From NCBI GenBank assembly GCA_910585095.1, contig CAJUBU010000002.1:76622-140621 (forward strand): a stretch of 64,000 nt of DNA, read 5' to 3'. Positions 49,203 through 56,690 of this stretch are shown here, one piece after another; position 1 is the stretch's first letter, and every line of letters starts with the position of its first letter. Under the pieces are notes generated by a model that was given only the letters and a program-made list of their open reading frames with translations, was not told where the DNA came from and made no database searches. The DNA comes from an uncultured Lachnospira sp. (GTDB taxonomy: Bacteria > Bacillota > Clostridia > Lachnospirales > Lachnospiraceae). The position numbers and the translations under genes are program-made.

Positions 49203-52200
49203 TCAAAAACATTCCCGAATTTTCTTATATATTGCTTTGCATTTGCGTCCAAATGTCTGTTTCATAACCCTAAAAATTCCCCACATACCAGATTCTACAT
49301 CCCATGCAAAACTGCCTGAGCGATAAAGGTAATCACCAGGACAACTGGCGCCATCTAAAAGTTCCACATCAAACTTATTGCCAATACTAACACCACCTTG
49401 TAAAGGAATAATTCTTGAAAATGGGTCTTGTAGCTGTTCTTTCCATAAATGGTCGTGAATTGCAATAGATGTATTTCTTGGCTTATCTGCGGGCATTATA
49501 ACTCGAAAAACAACTCGGTCTCCAGGATAGGCTTTCCATATAGGAGTTGCTGGGTCGCCATGTACTTTACTACTAAATACCTTCCATACTCTAGGGTCTC
49601 TTGCAAGACGATTTGCAAATCGTTCCGACCTATAATTGTAGCCTTTTTCTCCTGTGTCTTCTGCATCTACTGGCTCTCCGTTATCCTCTGCCGCAGTTTG
49701 GATTATATTTCCCTTTACATCAAGCAAACGGATTCCATTTTGAATAAATACAACATATTCTCGAAAATTCTCAATTCCTGGCGCTGTAATTACTGCCTGT
49801 TCTGCAAAATCATCTTTTTTTCTGGTAAAATTTCGATACCACTCTGCACCTGCTGGTTCTACAATAACCGCTCCAAATAATCCATGATAACGATGGTTTC
49901 TCATATCTCCAAAAGACTGTATAATACAGCCTCCATACTCTTGATTTGCATGCCAAAGATATCGCTTGCTCTCTCCAACCCCTACGGTCTGTTCCATTTC
50001 ATTATACCCTATATTGATGCCAGAATCACAAACGGGATTATATTGCAGAAATTGCGGATTTAAAGAAACTCTCATAGAAGGTGTATATTCCTTATCCAAA
50101 GGAACTCTCGGATAAGAAAAATAAGGAATTGGATGTTCTGGATTCCATGCATTATGCAAGGTAACCTCTATCCAGTCGCCTACATTTGCCCTGAGAATTA
50201 ATGGCTTTGGCATACATTTTCCTGACAATATATTATCCAAGTCCTCTAGGGGAACAAATAGCAAGCCATTTGGGTCATGGTCACCATATCGGTTGTAAAT
50301 TAACTTCTTTTGCACAGCAACAATTTCATAGCGCCTAATTACATCATCTTTTGACGGACAAGGCAAAAGAGGGTGAATCATACCTTTTCCTTGATATAAT
50401 GGTTTTAAGTGCTTTCTATATCTTCTATGCACTCGTATAATCCCCCAAAGTCCAAGCCATACATCATCAATACCTCCAAAATAATAGAGATAGTCTCCTG
50501 CACCATATTTTTGCGTTACATTCAAATTAAATGCCTCTGATACTCCTAATGTCTGAGAAGCGGCAAGGGGTGACTTGAAATCTGCGGATTCTTTTTTCCA
50601 TGACATACCTGTAATATTAAAGGAATGCTGTTCCTCATGCGCTCCGTCAAGCAGGCGAATCATCAATTCATCACCTGGATAGGTTTCAAAAATTGGTGTT
50701 GCTGGGTCACCATGCACAAAAGAGCTAAAAATATATGCTGGGTCTTCTTTTTTGCGAAGACGCTCTCTCATTGGCTCTGCTCTGTAATTAATTCCCATAA
50801 CACCTGGGTCGTCATGAGAACCAGGAACTTTCGGCGGATTAAGCGGGTTCCCTTTTCTATCGAAAAGAAAAGCAAAATCATGGACAAACAAAGCAAATTC
50901 CCTGAACGAAGTTCCATTTTTTCTGCGGATAACCGCCTGTGTTCCAAAACGCAGCTCTTTTCCATTCTGTGGATTATGAAATGTAGCTCCTGCCTCCTCA
51001 ATAATCAATGCGCCAAACAATCCATGCTGCTGATGAACATTAGCAAACAGATGGTCATGAAAGAATATCGTTTTTAATTCTTCATTTGCAAAAAAACGTT
51101 CCACTAATGTTTCGTATCGCCTTGCACCTGCAATATTATTCCAGCCATTAGCTGCCCCGTCTGAAACAATAGTATCAAATTTTACTAAATGTACATGATG
51201 ACCTACAATATCCGTCCTCGTTTTAGGCTGAAATGGACTTTCTTCAATAAATTCAGGCAAAAGGTTTGTGGTGCGTAGCTCAATACAATCTCCTGCATTT
51301 GCACGAATGACTAAAGGTTCTACTTTTATTTCTTGTTTTTCTACTTTACGAATATAACACTCCAAGCCTCCATAACGCTCCAATTCTTCCTTGAGAACAA
51401 AAAAACGTCCCTGTGGGTCATGCCAGCCATAGCGGTTATAGGTGATTTTTGCCTGTACCATGGCAATCTCAAATATTTTTACATTCTTATCTGTATGACA
51501 TGGACAAGTGTCTGTATACAATGCACCAGGCACTGCATTTTCCACAAAATTAGCACGCTCAAGCGGGGTTGGTTTATTAGTCACTTCCCCATTTGGTCTC
51601 AATACACCAAGCGGTGGCTGCAACGGCTTTTCACCAAACTTGCCCTCAATAAAATTAGGATAACCTGGATGCATGTTATCTTTCTTTGGTGGACACTCCC
51701 TGTCTTTTAACGGCACAAGCGGCAAAATAGGTGTCCCATCAGGCAATTTTCCACTCCCATCCTGAAGTCGGTCATAAATTCTCCATAAAGTCCACATTCC
51801 CTCAATAAAATGAGGATAGAGATGACAATGAAATATCACGTCTCCAATCACTCTATTTAGGCTTCCAGCTCCGTATAAAATATCTAATGTATAACATTCT
51901 TGTGGACTAATACTAACAGAATCCAGAATCGTTGAAACGGGATTGTCTGGCTCTAATCTCCACTGATGGTTATGAAGATGAAAAACATGAGTTTCCTTCA
52001 CTCCACCATGAATCAATCGTATCTTTACTGGGTCGCCGACATAAGCAAAAAGTATTGGCGGCGCTGGGTCACCATATACCCATGAACTCATAGATACATC
52101 TTCTGCAGAGTCAGCAGGGTCATGTGTTTTTGGCATTCGATTTCGCATAGGTTCAGAACGATAACTGATTGCTGTTGTTGATGCTGGAAGTCCTGTATGA

Positions 52201-52850
52201 GTATCAACTGGCGGTTCACCATCTTTATTTAAAATTTCCAACTCATCGTGAAAAAAAATACTATACTCCCTAAATGCTGGCTTTCCGGGCTGGTAAATAT
52301 CTGCCATCAACCCGCTTTTCAATTCTTCACCCGTTTCTGGATTAAACCACTTTGCTTCTGGCGCTTCTACAATAACAGCTCCAAACAGACCATGAATGTT
52401 AGTTGCATCTTCTGTACTTCTGCAATCTGCCATATCGTGAAACAGATATACGCCCTCTGTATCCGCATACCACGTATACCAGATTTCTCCGCTTGTAGTG
52501 CTGTCATTATTGTATCCTACACTGCTTCCATCTGAAGTATTAACATCATAAGAAAGTCCTTGTACATGTATCGACAATCTCCGATTGAGACAATTCCGAA
52601 ATCGAACTTTCACCGTATCTCCTAAATTAACGCGAATTACTAACGGTTGCACTTCCTTATATGGCTGTGGTATATCCATCTCAAATCGTTGGAGTGCTTC
52701 TCTTTTAATCCTTGCAGCATCTTCCTCAAACACATAAAGCAGTCCATTCGGGTCATAATCTCCATATCGATTATATACAATAGGAATCTGTATTGCCTCA
52801 ATATGAAAAATCTTGACATTTTCTTTCTTTGGGTATTTGCATAATTCCAT
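49203..52850 (-). CDS. Leaderless multicopper-oxidase-like protein of about 1215 aa built from three tandem two-domain repeats (six predicted cupredoxin domains)
   Basis: Canonical MCO motifs HVFHLH (HxxHxH) and HCHLYPHFIEGM (HCHx3Hx4M), plus HHVHL and FHDH. Three-fold repetition of the blocks NVKIF.I..Q..YNRYG.(Y/H)DP.G, PL(V/I)(I/L)RAN.GD, HGLFGA(V/L)I(V/I)E, FRE(Y/F), YR(S/A)E and HGDPA(T/P)PI. The ATG at 52850 follows a GGTAGGA RBS and lies 1 nt after the upstream stop. Confidence 0.7.
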   Translation of the reverse strand: MELCKYPKKENVKIFHIEAIQIPIVYNRYGDYDPNGLLYVFEEDAARIKREALQRFEMDIPQPYKEVQPLVIRVNLGDTVKVRFRNCLNRRLSIHVQGLSYDVNTSDGSSVGYNNDSTTSGEIWYTWYADTEGVYLFHDMADCRSTEDATNIHGLFGAVIVEAPEAKWFNPETGEELKSGLMADIYQPGKPAFREYSIFFHDELEILNKDGEPPVDTHTGLPASTTAISYRSEPMRNRMPKTHDPADSAEDVSMSSWVYGDPAPPILFAYVGDPVKIRLIHGGVKETHVFHLHNHQWRLEPDNPVSTILDSVSISPQECYTLDILYGAGSLNRVIGDVIFHCHLYPHFIEGMWTLWRIYDRLQDGSGKLPDGTPILPLVPLKDRECPPKKDNMHPGYPNFIEGKFGEKPLQPPLGVLRPNGEVTNKPTPLERANFVENAVPGALYTDTCPCHTDKNVKIFEIAMVQAKITYNRYGWHDPQGRFFVLKEELERYGGLECYIRKVEKQEIKVEPLVIRANAGDCIELRTTNLLPEFIEESPFQPKTRTDIVGHHVHLVKFDTIVSDGAANGWNNIAGARRYETLVERFFANEELKTIFFHDHLFANVHQQHGLFGALIIEEAGATFHNPQNGKELRFGTQAVIRRKNGTSFREFALFVHDFAFLFDRKGNPLNPPKVPGSHDDPGVMGINYRAEPMRERLRKKEDPAYIFSSFVHGDPATPIFETYPGDELMIRLLDGAHEEQHSFNITGMSWKKESADFKSPLAASQTLGVSEAFNLNVTQKYGAGDYLYYFGGIDDVWLGLWGIIRVHRRYRKHLKPLYQGKGMIHPLLPCPSKDDVIRRYEIVAVQKKLIYNRYGDHDPNGLLFVPLEDLDNILSGKCMPKPLILRANVGDWIEVTLHNAWNPEHPIPYFSYPRVPLDKEYTPSMRVSLNPQFLQYNPVCDSGINIGYNEMEQTVGVGESKRYLWHANQEYGGCIIQSFGDMRNHRYHGLFGAVIVEPAGAEWYRNFTRKKDDFAEQAVITAPGIENFREYVVFIQNGIRLLDVKGNIIQTAAEDNGEPVDAEDTGEKGYNYRSERFANRLARDPRVWKVFSSKVHGDPATPIWKAYPGDRVVFRVIMPADKPRNTSIAIHDHLWKEQLQDPFSRIIPLQGGVSIGNKFDVELLDGASCPGDYLYRSGSFAWDVESGMWGIFRVMKQTFGRKCKAIYKKIRECF

Positions 52851-52851
52851 A

Positions 52852-53763
52852 CTAATTCCTACCCTTCTGTGCATGATTTAAAATACGTAAATAGTGATTT
52901 GCTTCACGAAGTACATGGTCTGCCAAAAGAGGAAGAATAACAGAACGGATTTTACAATCTGTAATACCTTGTGTTCCCGCTGTCTTAAACTGCTGATATT
53001 GTTTTGTTGTCTGCAATGTTGTTGCAGTCAACGCATTCATTACTTTTCTTTCCTGTTCTCTCGCCTCTTCTAAAAGATGACAGTAATCTTTTGCAAATTC
53101 ATTGGCTTTTTCAATCAATTCACACTCTGTTGGGTCTAATAATCCCCGAATAAACTGAGCATGTTCCATCATAATCTGATTCCAAAATATTTCCATATTT
53201 CTTAAATCAAACATTGGGATTCTACCATTCTTTTCAAGCTCTAAAATAATCTGGCGATATAATTTCGCTTCCCGCAAGATATGTTCAATCAACAGGGGAT
53301 AATTTGTAGTATAAAGTCTACACCTTGTCACTTCTCTTAAAACCTCTTCTTTAAATGAAATCAATCCATTCAAGCTTTTTAGCATCTGGCGATTTAACAT
53401 TCTTACCTGAGAAATCATTTGTCTATTTACCATCATATTATTTTTAGAACAAAGTTGTTCTTCCTCCTCCGTAATCTTCACATCAATTGGGATTCCTGTC
53501 AAATCGCTTGTCTGGCATTCTGCTTTTTGCGTAAATTCTGTTACAACCTCTCCAGAATCTAAAACAGCTTGGCTTACAATGCCATTTGCAAGCTCTACTG
53601 TCTTTTTTAATCCCTCCTCAAATTCTTGTCGGAAGCAATCTGCACGCTGTATAAACTCGGTTTCCTTTGTCGGAAAACTTGCGAGCAAAAATAAGGAATG
53701 TTCCTTCATAATTCTTCCAAAAAAAAGATGTGTTTCTAGTGATAAAGTCGCATATTCTTTCAT
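52852..53763 (-). CDS. DUF2935-like helical (putative metal-binding) protein with internal duplication
   Basis: Two homologous halves each carry IM(K/M)EH(S/A).F and PLL(I/A)(E/D)H(I/V)LREA(K/N).Y. From memory the pattern matches Firmicute DUF2935 proteins. Confidence 0.6.
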   Translation of the reverse strand: MKEYATLSLETHLFFGRIMKEHSLFLLASFPTKETEFIQRADCFRQEFEEGLKKTVELANGIVSQAVLDSGEVVTEFTQKAECQTSDLTGIPIDVKITEEEEQLCSKNNMMVNRQMISQVRMLNRQMLKSLNGLISFKEEVLREVTRCRLYTTNYPLLIEHILREAKLYRQIILELEKNGRIPMFDLRNMEIFWNQIMMEHAQFIRGLLDPTECELIEKANEFAKDYCHLLEEAREQERKVMNALTATTLQTTKQYQQFKTAGTQGITDCKIRSVILPLLADHVLREANHYLRILNHAQKGRN

Positions 53764-53967
53764 ATATTAGCATACCTTTATAATTTAGAGTTCTCTATAC
53801 TATATGCAAAAAATATCAAAAAGACATACATAAAACCAAGAAATCTATGAAGTTTTCTGCTCTTTTTTGACATAGAACAATTAGAATGAATTGAAATTTC
53901 ACAATATTGGTGATATGATAACAAATATGATAAAAACTGCCAAAAAACACCAAAAGGAAATAAGCTT

Positions 53968-54513
53968 GTGAATAATAACAATCCAAACATGATTATTACA
54001 AATAATTTTTGCGACAACTTATATTCGCCTGATACAAATTTTTATAAAGAAGATATAAAATATATGAAAGCTGCAATCAATCAGGCAAAAAAAGCCTATG
54101 CGCTTATGGAAGTACCAATTGGCTGTGTTATTGTATATCAAAATAAAATTATCGGACGCGGATACAACCGCCGCAATACAGATAAGACAACACTTGGTCA
54201 TGCAGAACTTACTGCTATTAAAAAAGCGAGCAAAAAAATAGGCGACTGGCGTTTAGAAGATTGTGTTATATATATCACTTTAGAGCCTTGCCAAATGTGT
54301 GCTGGCGCCATTGTACAAGCCCGAATACCAAGAGTTGTAATAGGCGCTATGAATCCAAAAGCAGGCTGTGCTGGTTCTATATTAAATATTTTAGAAATGC
54401 CTCAATTTAATCATACATGCCATGTTACAAGAGGCGTTATGAATGATGAATGCAGCAATCTGCTATCACAATTTTTTAAAGAACTGCGCCTTTCTAAAAC
54501 AAAAAAAATATAA
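53968..54513 (+). CDS. tadA: tRNA adenosine(34) deaminase TadA
   Basis: CDA zinc motifs HAELTAI and PCQMCAGA. The GTG at 53968 follows AAGGA with about 9 nt spacing. Alternative ATGs at 53989 and 54064 lack an RBS. Confidence 0.85.
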   Translation: MNNNNPNMIITNNFCDNLYSPDTNFYKEDIKYMKAAINQAKKAYALMEVPIGCVIVYQNKIIGRGYNRRNTDKTTLGHAELTAIKKASKKIGDWRLEDCVIYITLEPCQMCAGAIVQARIPRVVIGAMNPKAGCAGSILNILEMPQFNHTCHVTRGVMNDECSNLLSQFFKELRLSKTKKI

Positions 54514-54730
54514 TTTCTTTGCAAACAAGCGCAAATAAAACTTGTTGCAACAATAAAAATAAGCTTATTACCTATTTATGCTGAAACGTTACAAATAGGG
54601 TTTGACACGACAATAGAATCCACCTTACAAATGTTTTAGCGTTTTCTATTGTCCAACTCCTACGCTTCAAAATAGAGGATTAGTGTGAAAAATAAATTGT
54701 TTCACAAGTTAAATAAAATTTAACTAACAA

Positions 54731-54818
54731 TTTGTGTCTGCGCGTTGCTTGACACAAAGTTGTAAAAACAAAATGTTTTATTTTGTTTTTTGCGCAAAAA
54801 GCAGCGCAGAAATGGGGA
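54731..54818 (+). promoter_or_regulatory. Conserved leader element, copy A (hairpin plus loop-to-downstream complementarity ending at the SD)
   Basis: TTTGTGTC[TGCGCGTTGCTT]GACACAAA hairpin. Loop bases are complementary to AAGCAGCGCAG (54799-54809), which lies just before GAAATGGGGA and the ATG at 54824. A near-identical architecture occurs at 60911-61000. Confidence 0.45.
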
Positions 54819-54823
54819 TTTTT

Positions 54824-55363
54824 ATGAATACTACATATTCCAACAGCCACATTACACTGCGCGTATTAGATGAACGCCACAGTCGGCATATTCTTGATTT
54901 TTACAGCAATAACCGACAGTATTTTGATATTTACGAAATGGATAAACCTGCTTCTTTTTATACATCCGACTTTATAAAACAAATGACAAAAGCGGAATAT
55001 AATGCCTTTATTCAAGGAACATTTATCCGCTATTTTCTATTTGCCAACAATAATCCAGACCAAATTATTGGCTGCATATCCTTTTCAGATATCAAAAAAA
55101 GTATGCTTTCTTGTACGATTGGATATAAAATTGACAAAAATTATCAAAATTTAGGTTATGGGAGACGTATGTTGACTATGGCTTTAAAATTTATGGTTAC
55201 AGAATGTAATATGCATCGAATTGAAGCTTATATTCACCCTTGTAATCGGGCATCGCTGCACCTTGTAAAAACACTTGGTTTTATTGATGAAGGCACAGCT
55301 TATGCCTATGCCAAAATAAACGGACAATGGATAGACCATCTTCGATTTGTTTATATTTCCTGA
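54824..55363 (+). CDS. GNAT-family N-acetyltransferase (RimJ/RimL-like)
   Basis: About 180 aa with an acetyl-CoA binding block (QNLGYGRRML) and a typical RimJ-like N-terminus (ITLRVLDERH). The ATG at 54824 follows GGGGA. Confidence 0.8.
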   Translation: MNTTYSNSHITLRVLDERHSRHILDFYSNNRQYFDIYEMDKPASFYTSDFIKQMTKAEYNAFIQGTFIRYFLFANNNPDQIIGCISFSDIKKSMLSCTIGYKIDKNYQNLGYGRRMLTMALKFMVTECNMHRIEAYIHPCNRASLHLVKTLGFIDEGTAYAYAKINGQWIDHLRFVYIS

Positions 55364-56634
55364 TACCAATATCCAAAATGAGGGTTGGCATAATCACTTC
55401 TATGGCTCTTTTTAAAATTGACAAACCCAAACATAGAAGCCATATAACGCTCACGATTACAATATATTCCTGGCACTCCAATAAAATATTTTGTATGCCT
55501 GTCATTATCTTCAACTCTGCCAAACAAAATATGTTTAAAATTATAATAGCCATGTATTAGGAAACTATTTCCTAATATAATCTCATCTGAACCTATTGCC
55601 TTTTCTATCTGCTGCGGCGTTACCTCAATACAGTCATATAAATCATCATCACTAAATACATTGATAATATCGGCATTGATAAATAATTCTTCAAATTCTT
55701 TAATTTCATTGGTTTGAATTTCATTCTGCCTACTTGTCTGCTGTTCATTTTTTGAAGATGATTTATCCTCATATTTATTTTTTTCTAAAATAATCGATTC
55801 TTCCTTTGGCTGTTCTTGTTGTGTCACTTTTTCTTCTGCTCTAATTATATCATTTTCGCAGGCAACAAGGTCTTCCCTGTTTTCTAATTCTGATTTTAAT
55901 GGAAAGGATATTATCCCAGCTTTCTCTTTTAATGCTGTTTCTTTTACTGTTGTTTTATTCGTTTGTTTTTTTTCTTCAACTTCCGTATTTGACTTTTTTT
56001 CTTTCGGTTCAAATGCTACTTTTGACATGGTTTCTGTAGTATCAAATATGTTTTCTGATATTTGTTCTTTATCAGCTAATGATGTTTTTGATATTTGTTT
56101 TTCTGTATCGTGTGATTTTGAAAACATACTGGCTGCTGTAATCTCTGACATTGGATTAACAACTTTAACCACTTTCATATTCTTCTTATGTTCTTTTGGA
56201 AGTACATTGCATTTGTTTACATCAATTTCTCCTTCATTCCACAAACTAAAAATTGTATAATACGACTGATTGTCTGCTTTAATTGCCATTCCCTCAATAT
56301 CATCATAATTATATGCAGAACCTATAATATCTTCTGGATTAACCATAACATTACATTGACCTGCACCATTATAAATATTCATCTCAGATATTTTTAATAG
56401 ACTAAAGGATGATTTTTCATCCTCCGTATTTGTTTTTCTATCCACAAGCAGATATATACCATAAGTTCCAGAAGCTCCAGCATACATACCCCTTATTGAT
56501 ATATTAAAACTAAGCCTCTCTCCGCGCACTTCAATTCTAGCAAAGCCAATATTTTTATCTCTCACTCCTCCAATATAAGAGTGCATATATGATATTAACC
56601 TTTTATATTCTATCAATTTAAGCCTTCCTTTCAA
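55351..56634 (-). CDS. Hypothetical protein: conserved-looking N- and C-terminal domains joined by a low-complexity E/K/T/S linker of about 200 aa
   Basis: The ORF is clean and has no motif I recognise. The start is uncertain (TTG at 56634 or ATG at 56586). Confidence 0.5.
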   Translation of the reverse strand: MKGRLKLIEYKRLISYMHSYIGGVRDKNIGFARIEVRGERLSFNISIRGMYAGASGTYGIYLLVDRKTNTEDEKSSFSLLKISEMNIYNGAGQCNVMVNPEDIIGSAYNYDDIEGMAIKADNQSYYTIFSLWNEGEIDVNKCNVLPKEHKKNMKVVKVVNPMSEITAASMFSKSHDTEKQISKTSLADKEQISENIFDTTETMSKVAFEPKEKKSNTEVEEKKQTNKTTVKETALKEKAGIISFPLKSELENREDLVACENDIIRAEEKVTQQEQPKEESIILEKNKYEDKSSSKNEQQTSRQNEIQTNEIKEFEELFINADIINVFSDDDLYDCIEVTPQQIEKAIGSDEIILGNSFLIHGYYNFKHILFGRVEDNDRHTKYFIGVPGIYCNRERYMASMFGFVNFKKSHRSDYANPHFGYWYQEI

Positions 56635-56690
56635 TTATACAATGCCTATTGCAATGTATGATTGATGGAAGGCTTTTATTACATAAATCC

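Noticed and set aside
53778-54017. 79-aa hydrophobic ORF just upstream of the DUF2935 gene on the minus strand
   Set aside because: It overlaps the RBS-supported GTG start region of tadA on the opposite strand. It has no RBS of its own, and its F/L/I-rich composition is what AT-rich non-coding DNA yields by chance.
54749-54754. TTGACA inside both twin leader elements (also at 60929-60934) as a shared -35 box
   Set aside because: No acceptable -10 hexamer lies 16-18 nt downstream in either copy. In copy B a strong extended -10 lies upstream of the element. The hexamer is better explained as part of the conserved hairpin stem.
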